From positions 1 to 64,000 of the forward strand of contig CAWDLW010000023.1 of assembly GCA_963803145.1 (NCBI GenBank): a stretch of DNA of 64,000 nucleotides, given 5' to 3'. The notes below the pieces were generated by a model. It had not been told where the DNA came from. It worked only from the letters and a program-made list of their open reading frames with translations, and did not search any database. Source of the stretch: Methanotrichaceae archaeon (lineage in GTDB: Archaea; Halobacteriota; Methanosarcinia; Methanotrichales; Methanotrichaceae). The position numbers and the translations under genes were made by a program. Of this stretch, positions 1-10,031 are shown one piece after another. Numbering within the stretch: position 1 is the stretch's first letter; each line of letters opens with the position of its first letter.

Positions 1-1
1 C

Positions 2-247
2 ACAAGCATCGAGCCTGCAAAGGCACGGTTTGTCGGCACTGAGGTCTTCAAGAAGATGAAAATCATCCATTGGGCTCCTACAAGCGGTATTGCTGTAAGC
101 GTGCTCAGGCCTGATGGAGTGGACTCTGGGGTTGGGGAGGCAGGAATTGCTAAGGAGCTCGGGAACGTAGTCCAATTCGAGCGCTATGGTTTTGTACGCA
201 TAAATTGCTTGGGCGAACCTGTGGTGGCCTACTTCACCCACAAATAG
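2..247 (+). CDS. gltX: Glutamate--tRNA ligase, C-terminal fragment (gene begins before window)
   Basis: Frame open from base 2; archaeal GluRS C-terminal motifs IIHW, VVQFERYGFVR, AYFTHK. Confidence 0.9.
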   Translation, partial: TSIEPAKARFVGTEVFKKMKIIHWAPTSGIAVSVLRPDGVDSGVGEAGIAKELGNVVQFERYGFVRINCLGEPVVAYFTHK

Positions 248-1059
248 GCGTTTTGTGTTAGCGCTGCGGCTAAAAAGGATGCAAGCGCAACGGCCATTCC
301 CAGCTTCAGAGCACGCTGAGCACCTGAGGCATCGCCTTTTACTATTTTTATTATCGATACAATGAAGAAGATGTCTGCCAAGCTTACTATTGCAATGTAT
401 GCCCTTCCAAATGGCGCTAGGTAGCTTAGACAAATGGCGACAGCAGCAAATGCGATGGCCAGAACGCCTGATGCTCTCTCGCCTGCTAAAATAGGCAAAG
501 TCCTAGCATTGCCCTGGCGGTCTCCCTCGATATCCTCTATCGCCTTGGCGATCTCCCTGCTCATTGTTGCAAGGAATGATAGAAAGAACGGTATGATGTT
601 TGCCTCCATCCCCTTATAGCCGAATGCTGCCCCGCCGAAGATGAATGTTGAGCCCGTCAGATAGGCAACGCATAGGTTGCCGGCCAGAGGCATTGCCTTG
701 AGGTCTCTGGCATAAAAGAAGAGGAGAACCGAGCTAACTAATGCCAAGCCCAGGCAGAACCGATTTACTAGGCCAGCGAGAGCGCAACCGCTTACGAATA
801 GCGCCAATGACCATCTCAGAGCAGCGTCTGAGCTGATCCGCCCGCTGGGAATTGGCCTCTTCGGTCGGTTGACTGCATCTATCTCGCGGTCGAAGAAGTC
901 GTTCACTGAGTTTCCCGCGCCCGTTATCAGGAACACGGCTAGAAAGATCAGCGTGGCAGTCTCGATCTTCCATCCGGCTGCAATCAATAACCCTATTATC
1001 GCCGCTACTCCTGCCATCAGGCAATTCATAGGTCGCAGTATCTCTAGAAAAACCTTCAT
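229..1059 (-). CDS. Digeranylgeranylglyceryl phosphate synthase (UbiA prenyltransferase family)
   Basis: Multi-TM protein with NDFFDREIDAVNRPKRPIPSGR and EIAKAIEDIEGD Asp-rich motifs. Confidence 0.9.
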   Translation of the reverse strand: MKVFLEILRPMNCLMAGVAAIIGLLIAAGWKIETATLIFLAVFLITGAGNSVNDFFDREIDAVNRPKRPIPSGRISSDAALRWSLALFVSGCALAGLVNRFCLGLALVSSVLLFFYARDLKAMPLAGNLCVAYLTGSTFIFGGAAFGYKGMEANIIPFFLSFLATMSREIAKAIEDIEGDRQGNARTLPILAGERASGVLAIAFAAVAICLSYLAPFGRAYIAIVSLADIFFIVSIIKIVKGDASGAQRALKLGMAVALASFLAAALTQNAYLWVK

Positions 1060-1441
1060 TCAAGTCCTCTTCGGGGCAGCCTATCTCTCTGCTGCGCATG
1101 AGGTATAGCAGATATATTTCAGTTAAGTATGTATCGATGTTAGGTGGAGGGGATATTTTGCCGAAATGCTTAATTTCAACATCGCTGATTTGACTATCGC
1201 TGACTGGACCGCTCAGCATTATCCGATAGGTACGACGGTCACCTGTTGAGGGTTTCTCTCTGCATATGACCCTCTCGCGTTCTAGACTCAGTACGATCTT
1301 TGAACAGCAGCTGCTATTGATGCCCAGAAGCTTTCTCAGCTCCGATTGGTACAAACCGTCTGTCTTGGAGCTTATAAGCTCTATGGCCTTCTCCTCTATG
1401 GAACCTTTTGCAAGTATGCGTTCCGCCAATTCTGACACCAA
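734..1441 (-). CDS. Winged-helix (MarR-like) DNA-binding protein; C-terminal ~108 codons overlap the next gene and are probably read-through
   Basis: GLYQSELRKLLGINSSCCSKIVLSLERERVICRE wHTH motif; start uncertain (frame open to ~1504). Confidence 0.65.
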   Translation of the reverse strand: MVSELAERILAKGSIEEKAIELISSKTDGLYQSELRKLLGINSSCCSKIVLSLERERVICREKPSTGDRRTYRIMLSGPVSDSQISDVEIKHFGKISPPPNIDTYLTEIYLLYLMRSREIGCPEEDLNEGFSRDTATYELPDGRSSGDNRVIDCSRMEDRDCHADLSSRVPDNGRGKLSERLLRPRDRCSQPTEEANSQRADQLRRCSEMVIGAIRKRLRSRWPSKSVLPGLGIS

Positions 1442-1737
1442 TGCCTCAGGACGCCCGATGTGTATGGCAAACAGGATTTTTTTTAATATAGAGTTATCAA
1501 TTAGTTATCGCTCTTAGTGGTATATATCCTTTGTGAGGCTTTGTGCTATTTTATAGCAATATATTACACAAAATATAGGTCTCTAAGTTTACTTTTTCTA
1601 GAATTACAACAAACACTTTTAACATAAAAGGAAAATAGCATCTGCATTATAAGACTTTAGAAAACGATGTTCCTTATTAGTATCTCCTTATAAATTAATG
1701 GGACTATAAACTTATCTGTTCAGTTATCATCAATAGT

Positions 1738-2577
1738 CTATTCAACTGAAGCGTTCAAGGGCATATCCTTCTTCGCAGCAGGGAACTTTGTGCGAATTTC
1801 CTTGCTTCTGAGAATCGGAATGCCGATGCTATCCAGCATCTCGGAGATCCAGTACCTTTCGCCTGATCGCATAGATTTTCTATCGATATAGGCATACTCT
1901 GCTCCTGATTTGCGCTGTGCCTCTAAGATGATATCCCTATCCAGATTTCCCAGCTGGTAACTTGAGAAGAGGTGGCCAAAAGAAATATTTGCCTCAAACA
2001 TTAGGCTTGTCTGTCGTGGGACATAATGTCCTCCACCAAATCCAAGAAAGACCGGAAAGTCAGATAACTCAATGTCGAGTATCGCCCTTGACACGGCCTC
2101 TCCTGCCTGTTGATCCTGCCATTGCTGCTCACTGCTTCCTATCTCTGCGAAGAAGGATGGTGTGGTCAAGTCAGTCGGACCGTGGTGAGTGGCTTCAGCC
2201 GATATTTCGAAGCCTTCAGGGGTGTTATCAGCTATATTATGAAGGAAAGATCTAAGGCCAGATGGTGCCGCCGCTGACAACTCAAGCTCTTCATCTACTT
2301 TTTCGCCTGTAAAATGTCCTCCCAGCCAGGGCTTGCCACTTTCAGATTTATGCCTGCTTGCAAAAATAATCAGTTTTGGATGTAAGCCCAACGCAGTCAG
2401 CCGGGCATCAAGGCAATGAAGTGTGATCTGCCGTTCACTATGGACAATAAGTCTGAATGGGCCTGAGGATTCATAATCCTCATGTTTTTCCCAGGAAGCC
2501 AGCTCGTGAAGATGCTGAAGTATATTGAGGCTAGCCAGGTCTGCCGTGGAGCAGATTATGGCAACCTCATCGTTCAT
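1738..2577 (-). CDS. dtdA: D-aminoacyl-tRNA deacylase (archaeal DTD2 type)
   Basis: FASRH, EATHHGPT, FAEIGS, GFGGGHY motifs. Confidence 0.92.
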   Translation of the reverse strand: MNDEVAIICSTADLASLNILQHLHELASWEKHEDYESSGPFRLIVHSERQITLHCLDARLTALGLHPKLIIFASRHKSESGKPWLGGHFTGEKVDEELELSAAAPSGLRSFLHNIADNTPEGFEISAEATHHGPTDLTTPSFFAEIGSSEQQWQDQQAGEAVSRAILDIELSDFPVFLGFGGGHYVPRQTSLMFEANISFGHLFSSYQLGNLDRDIILEAQRKSGAEYAYIDRKSMRSGERYWISEMLDSIGIPILRSKEIRTKFPAAKKDMPLNASVE

Positions 2578-3638
2578 ATCTCCTTGCCTATGCCAAGCAT
2601 CTTTGCAACCATTGGAGCATAATCGACACTAGTGTACTTAATCTCGCCGAGCGGCATAATCGTGAGAATTGGATTACCTCTTATCAGATCCTCAGAGGAT
2701 AATGCCCTTATCTCCTTATCCATACGGCTCTTTAACTCAGGATAGCCTGTTGAGAGAAATGCGCCGAATATCTCTCCCGGCTGAAGATAGCTGAATAGTG
2801 GAGCCCCGATTCTGCGGAAGGCATTGTGAACCTTCGCTAGATCTTCCCTGTCATGACCGTGGCGGATTTTGACGCGATAGAAGGACATGAGCTCGCAGCA
2901 GATCTTCTTCCAATCGATGTATGCCTCGCGCATGAGAAGGCCGCTCTGGAAGAACTTTGTCCTTTTGCCGGAAATAGTAGGCCTGGATATACCTGTCCTG
3001 CGAGAAAGCTCTAGATCTGAAAGCATGGGATACTTTACGAATGCATAGAGTGTGAGCTTATCCTTCTCAGTAAGCTTTGAGTCCTCGGCGGAAGGATGCA
3101 CAGAAGATGTGATCTCTTCTGGCAGGTCTGCTCTGCCGAGATCGAAGATGCCATTTACAGCTAGGGCAGCATCAGATGAGTAGTTTGATGTCTGGAATGG
3201 ATAATGAATGTATTCGATATCATCTACGAAGTTCTTCAGGTAATATTCGTCTATAAGAGGATCAAAGTTGACCTTGAAATCAGTAAGACTCTTTGAGTAA
3301 AACATAGAGACCGAATCTGTATCAGTAGCAGTATGTGAGACGCAGTTTGGATAATTTATCCACTTTCCAGAAGCATCCGCTCCTTGTCTTGTTTCAAAGG
3401 GCGCTGTAGGCTTATATTTGACGAAGACTACTGTCAGAATTTCTGCACCTACGGCTTCTCCTGAAGGATCATTAAGAAGCTTGATCAGTTGCCAGTCTCT
3501 GAATTTACGTTTGCTTTTGAATATTGTAGATCTATCCACGCCAATATTTGAAGCGAGATCTATGTCGCTGAAACCAGGATATCTGGCAAGACCGTAAAGA
3601 ACTAATCTCTCCTTTGATGTTAATTTTAGCTGCATCAA
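2574..3638 (-). CDS. Transcriptional regulator with two tandem Lrp/AsnC-like HTH modules
   Basis: Internal duplication: LTSKERLVLYGLARYPGFSDIDLASNIGVDRSTI / LTEKDKLTLYAFVKYPMLSDLELSRRTGISRPTI. Confidence 0.75.
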   Translation of the reverse strand: MMQLKLTSKERLVLYGLARYPGFSDIDLASNIGVDRSTIFKSKRKFRDWQLIKLLNDPSGEAVGAEILTVVFVKYKPTAPFETRQGADASGKWINYPNCVSHTATDTDSVSMFYSKSLTDFKVNFDPLIDEYYLKNFVDDIEYIHYPFQTSNYSSDAALAVNGIFDLGRADLPEEITSSVHPSAEDSKLTEKDKLTLYAFVKYPMLSDLELSRRTGISRPTISGKRTKFFQSGLLMREAYIDWKKICCELMSFYRVKIRHGHDREDLAKVHNAFRRIGAPLFSYLQPGEIFGAFLSTGYPELKSRMDKEIRALSSEDLIRGNPILTIMPLGEIKYTSVDYAPMVAKMLGIGKEI

Positions 3639-3776
3639 GGAGAGATATACTTTTCAACGTATTTATAGATTGCTTTTTCTTAGATTTCTATATAGAACAT
3701 TTCTGAAGATATGACTGATAAGGAGTAGTAGTTTTGTCGAATTTCAATTCGATAACTGCGATGCAGCATTTTGGAT

Positions 3777-4397
3777 TCAATCTAATAACTTTATATATTT
3801 CCTTTCCGATATGGAGAAGGGCAGGTCGTGTCCGGGAATAACAGCATCCGCGATACTTACGATTCTAGCCATGCTCAAGACTGCCATCGTTCTGTCCACG
3901 TGAAGTGCTGGGGGAACGTTTTTGATAAAATTGTTGAAGGTTGGCAGAGCATCGCCTGCTATTGCTAGTTTTTTTATCAGCACGCGCTTTCCATCCATTG
4001 GTTTACTGTCCTGTACATAGCCCACAATGCTGTCGGCGGTATCCACGATCACCGATATGCTGTCTAATGTGTGGCCGGGCGTCTCGATAACACTAACCTC
4101 CGGAGCTATTATCTGGCCTTCCTTAGGATACAAAAGCTTAGCCCTTGAAAAGAGATAATTGTTGCCGCAGTGATCCGGATGAGAATGAGTATTCACCAGG
4201 AAATCTATATCCTCAGGCTTCATGCCCCTTTTAGCGAGGGCTTCAGTAATTTGTCTCTCCTCGCCCATAAGACCAGTATCCACTATTATTTTTTTAGATC
4301 CGGAAACTACAAGTGTTACTGACGATCTTGCATCCAAAATTGCGCCGGATTCGTCCCTGATGATTGATCCCGGCTTTAGGAGAAACACTCTGGGCAT
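3777..4397 (-). CDS. MBL-fold metallo-hydrolase
   Basis: VDTG, THSHPDH, TPGHT, AGD, PGH motifs. Confidence 0.9.
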   Translation of the reverse strand: MPRVFLLKPGSIIRDESGAILDARSSVTLVVSGSKKIIVDTGLMGEERQITEALAKRGMKPEDIDFLVNTHSHPDHCGNNYLFSRAKLLYPKEGQIIAPEVSVIETPGHTLDSISVIVDTADSIVGYVQDSKPMDGKRVLIKKLAIAGDALPTFNNFIKNVPPALHVDRTMAVLSMARIVSIADAVIPGHDLPFSISERKYIKLLD

Positions 4398-4521
4398 TGT
4401 ACAAAAGAAGGATGTAGCCGGATATTACCATTACCCTTGCCGATACAATTTCATTGTTATTGCATCGTTATTGCATCGCTGCCACATCCTTACTGCATTG
4501 ATTCCGGCTACCGCAACAGCG

Positions 4522-5862
4522 CTACTGAAGATAGCGCTGTAGCTTTGAGTTAAGCCTCTCAACCTGCTCAACCGCAGTGCCAATGTACTTATGGGGATCA
4601 AGAAGGCTCCCTATCACTTCAGGCGAGAGGTGCTCAGTTACGACCTTCTCCTCAAGCAGCACATCAGCAAGCTCTCGTTTCTCCTCAAATGCCTTCATCG
4701 ATGCTTTTCTCATAATCTCATGTGCCTGCTGGCGTCCAACACCTTTCTTCGCAAGCTCAACCATCACATTCTCAGCCATGTTCAAGCCGTGAAGAAGGTT
4801 TAAGTTCCTCTCAATGTTCTCATGCCGCAGCCTCAGGTTGGATAGGACACGTGATGCGAGGGTGAGCAGGTGGTCCGTCAGGACGAATGCCTCCGGAAAC
4901 TCCACTCGCTCGCAGCTCGAGTTCGTGAGGTCGCGCTCATCCCAGAGAGGTATGTTCTCGAAAGCTGGAAGCACCTGCGCGCGGACGATTCTTGATAGGC
5001 CGCATATCTGCTCAGACTTTATCGGGTTTCGTTTATGAGGCATTGTGCTTGATCCGACCTGCTTTTTGCCAAAGCCCTCTTCAACCTCTGCTATCTCAGT
5101 TCTTTGTAGAGTCCTGATCTCAACGAAGATCTTATCCAGCGTTGAGGCAACGAGCGCCATCCAGCAGATCATCTCTGCATGTCTGTCTCTTTGAATGACC
5201 TGGTTAGATACATCAACCTCATTGAGGCCAAGATATTCTATGGCCATCTTCTGGATCTCCATGCCGTGAGGACCGTAGGCGGCCTGAGTTCCGACGGCTC
5301 CGCTCATCTTGCCAACCTCTACACGTGGTCGGAGCTGCTGAAGCCTATCGATATGCCTGGCGATCTCTGATGCCCAGATCGCGAACCGAAGACCATAGGT
5401 AGTTGGAACTGCGATCTGGCCGTGAGTTCTTCCTGCACAGACGAGGTTTTTATTCTTCATTGCAATATCCAAAAGTATGGAGAGAAGTCTCTTCAGCTTG
5501 GGCTCAAGAATGTCAAGCGATGCCTTGATCTGGAGGCCTGTGGCCGTATCCAGGATATCGTTTGAGGTCGCGCCGAGATGGATCCATTCTCCGTAGTCAG
5601 GGCAGACCTCTGCCATCGCCAGGACGACAGCCATCATGTCGTGGCCGATCTCATCCTCAATCTGCTTTGCTCGTTCAGGGCTTGCCGCCGAGGCTGCACA
5701 TGCGATTGCACTGCTCGCGCCCTTTGGGATCAGTCCAACCTCTTCTTCGGCCTTCGCCAGAGCTGCCTCTACTTTGAAAAGGCATTTTAATCTGAAATCT
5801 TCCTCCCAGATCTGCTTCATCTCGGGAGTGCCGTACCTGAAATCAATCGGGTGAATAGCCAT
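4522..5862 (-). CDS. purB: Adenylosuccinate lyase
   Basis: GATSND, GRTHGQ, GSSTMPHKRNP signature. Confidence 0.97.
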   Translation of the reverse strand: MAIHPIDFRYGTPEMKQIWEEDFRLKCLFKVEAALAKAEEEVGLIPKGASSAIACAASAASPERAKQIEDEIGHDMMAVVLAMAEVCPDYGEWIHLGATSNDILDTATGLQIKASLDILEPKLKRLLSILLDIAMKNKNLVCAGRTHGQIAVPTTYGLRFAIWASEIARHIDRLQQLRPRVEVGKMSGAVGTQAAYGPHGMEIQKMAIEYLGLNEVDVSNQVIQRDRHAEMICWMALVASTLDKIFVEIRTLQRTEIAEVEEGFGKKQVGSSTMPHKRNPIKSEQICGLSRIVRAQVLPAFENIPLWDERDLTNSSCERVEFPEAFVLTDHLLTLASRVLSNLRLRHENIERNLNLLHGLNMAENVMVELAKKGVGRQQAHEIMRKASMKAFEEKRELADVLLEEKVVTEHLSPEVIGSLLDPHKYIGTAVEQVERLNSKLQRYLQ

Positions 5863-6275
5863 GGAAAAAAGAATTGTTCGAGGGGTTGATGGAGCTTTTG
5901 GTACATGAGAAATATCATAGGATATATTTGAGGTTGAACGTATTCATCCCTCCGGTTAGCCATGGTAAATTATACAACTTGAAGAACTATTAAAATTGGC
6001 TTAACTAGCGTTTTAGATAACTCATCGTTCACGTACTTCGTTCACATATTTTATAGAATAAATTTTCAACAATTGCCCAGCGACGATTTTTCGGCAGCAA
6101 CTAAAACAAAAAGGTGCAAATAATCCTGAGTGCGCACCCATGCCTCTGTAATCGAAGAAGCTATCTATAAAATACATCCCTGGCTTTGAAGATCTAAAAA
6201 ATGAAGTTATGGGTTTACAGGTTGTATATATTAGTCGGAGCCGGGATTAGCCTTTGCATCCCAGTTCCATTTTCC

Positions 6276-7427
6276 CTACTTCTTTGGGCTGAACTTTATA
6301 GCATGATCATATAGGATCTCTGAGTAGGATGGTCCTGTTTTTGTGGCCTTTTCCATGTAGTTCCTCCACAATATATAAATCGGCTGATTCGGATGTATGC
6401 CGTAGCTTCCTGGACCATAGGGAACCTCAAAGCAGTGCGGATCGCCATTGGCATGCCTAGCGATCTTATAGACATACAGATATTTCGCATTCGGATCTCC
6501 AGGGAGATACGCCTCAGCAGTTCCGTTGAAATCCTGATCAGTGATGGCTCCGGCGCCATTCCATATATCTGCTCCATAGACGGCAAAGTTCGAGTAAGTT
6601 GCCTTTCCAGTGGCTACATGGTTAACCCCATAGACGATTATGAAATCATTAGTATCGTTGCCCAAAGTAACTGGTGGATTTCGCACGAAAGGATAGTACA
6701 GCGAGAGATTAGGGAAAGAAGGTGTCGGCGAAAAGACAGCTTGATTTACAGTCCATAGATAGCACGCATCGTTATCAGGGATCAAGGCATCAATTCCTCT
6801 CTGGATAGCATCAATCCCCACTGGGAACGCTATGCTAGTTGGAAGCTCTGTGGCATTTAATCCGCTGTATTTATGGAGAATCGCTTCTCTCAGTTGTTCG
6901 AGTCGATTGAACGGATTTCCAGCCAGCCCGTTTGGCGTTCCTTCAGTATTGATGATCAAATTGTTCACTGTATCGGCTATATTGGCAAAGATCCATCGAG
7001 TCTCATTTCCATATGTCCTATCCACTATATAATGATCGTAACTAAAGTATCGGCATTCGGGCGGTGTTCTTCCTACGAAAACAACAGCTTCATCAGGACC
7101 AAGATTCCAAAAGGAAGATAAGTTCGTGCTCAATCCAAGCGTTCTAGCTATCTTAGAAAACAGTCCAGGTACCTTAGACCCAGGCGCCGGTGGAACAAAA
7201 CATGACAAATATTTTGTGCTAGGATTGTTTCCATAACACGAAGGTAAAACTCCCAAGTCATGTAATTTGATTGTATCTAAAAAACCTAGCCCACCCTTCT
7301 GTACAGTGAATCCATCCTTTTCCAAAGCTTGTTTAAAGGCATTCACATCTCCTGTTATCGCATTCTGTGCAAGGCCTGTTCCAATTAACATGGCGAATAA
7401 AACCGACAATATTATATATACTCTCAT
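6276..7427 (-). CDS. Secreted hypothetical protein; paralog of 8319-9815 with ~111-aa in-frame internal deletion (possibly degenerate)
   Basis: Signal peptide; colinear with the 498-aa ORF except GNPFN-R-LEQLREAIL junction. Confidence 0.75.
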   Translation of the reverse strand: MRVYIILSVLFAMLIGTGLAQNAITGDVNAFKQALEKDGFTVQKGGLGFLDTIKLHDLGVLPSCYGNNPSTKYLSCFVPPAPGSKVPGLFSKIARTLGLSTNLSSFWNLGPDEAVVFVGRTPPECRYFSYDHYIVDRTYGNETRWIFANIADTVNNLIINTEGTPNGLAGNPFNRLEQLREAILHKYSGLNATELPTSIAFPVGIDAIQRGIDALIPDNDACYLWTVNQAVFSPTPSFPNLSLYYPFVRNPPVTLGNDTNDFIIVYGVNHVATGKATYSNFAVYGADIWNGAGAITDQDFNGTAEAYLPGDPNAKYLYVYKIARHANGDPHCFEVPYGPGSYGIHPNQPIYILWRNYMEKATKTGPSYSEILYDHAIKFSPKK

Positions 7428-7480
7428 ATAAGATATTCCTCTCAGCAGTTATTTTATCATCAATTGTAATCAAAATACAA

Positions 7481-7580
7481 AAAACTTTGGCTGTATATGT
7501 AGAATCACTATACTCTAATGCATTGGACAGATTACTAAGCAACCGAAGGATTATCGTGCGAGAATCTATCACCCGCACGT
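7481..7580 (-). promoter_or_regulatory. Conserved upstream region of paralog 1
   Basis: Aligns by eye with 9854-9950 (aaactttggct..tagaat..aatgcattgga.agatta..aagcaa.cgaag..tatcgtg.gagaa). Confidence 0.6.
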
Positions 7581-7771
7581 AAACATTACTCTAAAACCAA
7601 TATCTGTAGGCAGTAAGTTGATTATAGTACCTGGCGATTACAAGTAATCAAACATAGAATCTGAATCGCGCATCCTTAGCATATTTGATCGAAGAACATA
7701 TTTGTAAATTGTATTCTGGCCATAAGGTTCGAAAAATGAAAAGGTGAATTTGGAGGTTACACATACTTTTA

Positions 7772-8221
7772 TTATCTTATCCCTTTGACATTTTGGAAAG
7801 GATTGGTCATCCGGTGAAGATCATAAAGCAAAGTCCCTCCCATTTTGCCTTCCTGAAGATATATCAGCTCAATCTTGCTATCGGAAATAATTGTCCCTAG
7901 GTCATATCCGTCTTTAAATTCAGCAATGTAAAGCGTTTTGTTATCTAAGCCAATTACTCCAGATAAGTCTTCGGTAATTTTTGTTCCGTTTTCAGACGGA
8001 AATGTTAGATTTCCCGTAAAGAGGCGATCCTTCTGTTCAACGATAGCAAGATTAACGCTCAGATTTTCTACCAGTTTATATGATCCGTTTGATGCAAAAT
8101 ATCCATTTTCAGAACCAGACCAGTTTCCAACTAGGTTTGGAACTTGTGCCTTTGGAACCTGTGCTGTACAAATCCCCATGGCCAAAAAAGCCAACAATAT
8201 CAAGTGCCAAAATTTTCTCAT
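7772..8221 (-). CDS. Small secreted hypothetical protein
   Basis: Signal peptide, GGAGG SD, PNLVGNWSG start of a predicted beta-rich domain. Confidence 0.75.
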   Translation of the reverse strand: MRKFWHLILLAFLAMGICTAQVPKAQVPNLVGNWSGSENGYFASNGSYKLVENLSVNLAIVEQKDRLFTGNLTFPSENGTKITEDLSGVIGLDNKTLYIAEFKDGYDLGTIISDSKIELIYLQEGKMGGTLLYDLHRMTNPFQNVKGIR

Positions 8222-8318
8222 TCTAATCCTCCTTTCTACTTTTTAGAATTTCCGCATTAATTTTACAGGTTATATGGTTAAAGCTGGGATTTGCCCTGTT
8301 ATCCCAGCTCCATTTACC

Positions 8319-9815
8319 CTATTTCCTTGGACTGAACTTTATGGCCCGATCATACACTATCTCTGAGTAAGATGGCCCGGTTTGTGTAGCCCTTTCCAGG
8401 TAGAGCCTCCACCCAATAAAAAGCGGCTGATCCAAATCTATACCATAACCTTTTGCATTGTAGGGAAGCTTATAGCAATGCTGATCACCACTGCAATTCC
8501 TGGCGATCTTGTAGACATAGAGGTATTTTGCATTGGGATTATCGGGCAGGTATTCCTGGGCGGTTCCATTGAAATCCGTGTCAGTGATCATTCCGACGCC
8601 GTTAAATGCATCCGCTCCGTACGGTACGAAGTTCTCGTATGTTGCTTTTCCTGTAGCTACATGGTTAACCCCATAGACGATTATAAACTCATTGGGATCA
8701 TTGCCCAAAGTAACTGGTGGATTCTGCAAGAAACCATAGTATAGCGAGAGATTGGGGAAAGGTGGCGTTGGCAAATCGGCAGTTCGGTTTGATGTCCATA
8801 GATAGCATGCATCGTTGGTAGGGCCTATGGCATCGATTCCTCTCTGAATTCCATCGCTCCCTACTGGGACTCCTTGACTAGTTGGAAGCTCAGTGGCATT
8901 CAAATTGCCATATTTATTGAGAATCGCTTCCCTAAGCTGTTCTAAATCTGGCATAAGATCAAACTCTGTTTTGCCCGTTCCGCGAACTCTTATCTCTGGC
9001 ATATTATACGGGTCCAGTTTCGTGGATTCATTGGGAGTTATACGGAAGACTTTGGCGGGTTTATTAGCGATGTAAGCATCTCCAGCTCGCTCATCTGCGA
9101 ATAGAGATGGCCGGATGAATACGCCAAATGTATCAGAGTTGTTCTCTACACCCATATTAAACATAGCTGAAGGAATCACTTGGGTGTTTATTATGTCGCC
9201 CGAATACCCTGCTGATAGGGCAGCGGCCTGGATGCGTTGATCAATGCCTTTATCGGCTGTAGTGATTACTATCGTGGTTTGATTGTAAGGATTCCCAGGC
9301 AACCCATTGGGGGTTCCTTCAGTCTTGATATTTAGGTTGTTTATTGTATCTACCAGATTGGCGAAGATCCATCGAGTCTTATTTCCATATGTTCTCTCCA
9401 TTAAAAAATAATCGAGACTGAAGTATCTGCATTCTGGCGGTGTTTTTCCTACGAAAACAAGGGCTTCATCTGCGCGAAGATTAGGGAACGGAGTTATATT
9501 CGCAGTTACTCCAAGCGCCTTAATTATATTTGCTATTATTCCAGTTACCTTTCCAGATGCAGGAGGAACAAGATATACCAGATATTTTGTGGATGGGTTG
9601 TTCCCATATGCAGAAGGCAATATTCCCATATTATACAATTTCATAAAATCAAAATAACCTAATCCGCCCTCTCGTACAGTGAATCCATCCTTTTCTAAGG
9701 CCTGTTTAAAAGCATTCACATCTCCTGTTGTCGCATTCTGTGCATTGCATGTTCCTATTAACACGGCCAATGCACACGCAAGTATTATGGATCGTTTCAT
9801 ACTGTGTTTCTCCAT
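8319..9815 (-). CDS. Secreted hypothetical protein (full-length paralog; likely start 9800)
   Basis: Signal peptide MKRSIILACALAVL; many N-x-S/T sequons. Confidence 0.8.
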   Translation of the reverse strand: MEKHSMKRSIILACALAVLIGTCNAQNATTGDVNAFKQALEKDGFTVREGGLGYFDFMKLYNMGILPSAYGNNPSTKYLVYLVPPASGKVTGIIANIIKALGVTANITPFPNLRADEALVFVGKTPPECRYFSLDYFLMERTYGNKTRWIFANLVDTINNLNIKTEGTPNGLPGNPYNQTTIVITTADKGIDQRIQAAALSAGYSGDIINTQVIPSAMFNMGVENNSDTFGVFIRPSLFADERAGDAYIANKPAKVFRITPNESTKLDPYNMPEIRVRGTGKTEFDLMPDLEQLREAILNKYGNLNATELPTSQGVPVGSDGIQRGIDAIGPTNDACYLWTSNRTADLPTPPFPNLSLYYGFLQNPPVTLGNDPNEFIIVYGVNHVATGKATYENFVPYGADAFNGVGMITDTDFNGTAQEYLPDNPNAKYLYVYKIARNCSGDQHCYKLPYNAKGYGIDLDQPLFIGWRLYLERATQTGPSYSEIVYDRAIKFSPRK

Positions 9816-9853
9816 AAAGTTAATTGATCATTATTTATTATTTATTGTAGAAG

Positions 9854-9950
9854 AAACTTTGGCTTTGTATATAGAATACTATGCCCGCAATGCATTGGAG
9901 AGATTATAAGCAAACGAAGAACTATCGTGAGAGAACCTCAAACCCCGTAC
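9854..9950 (-). promoter_or_regulatory. Conserved upstream region of paralog 2
   Basis: Aligns with 7481-7580. Confidence 0.6.
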
Positions 9951-10031
9951 ATATTGGCAAATATAGAATCGGCATCAACAGGCTAATCCTGAATAGTATG
10001 GTCTGAAGGTTATCAGTAATTTTATATTTAG

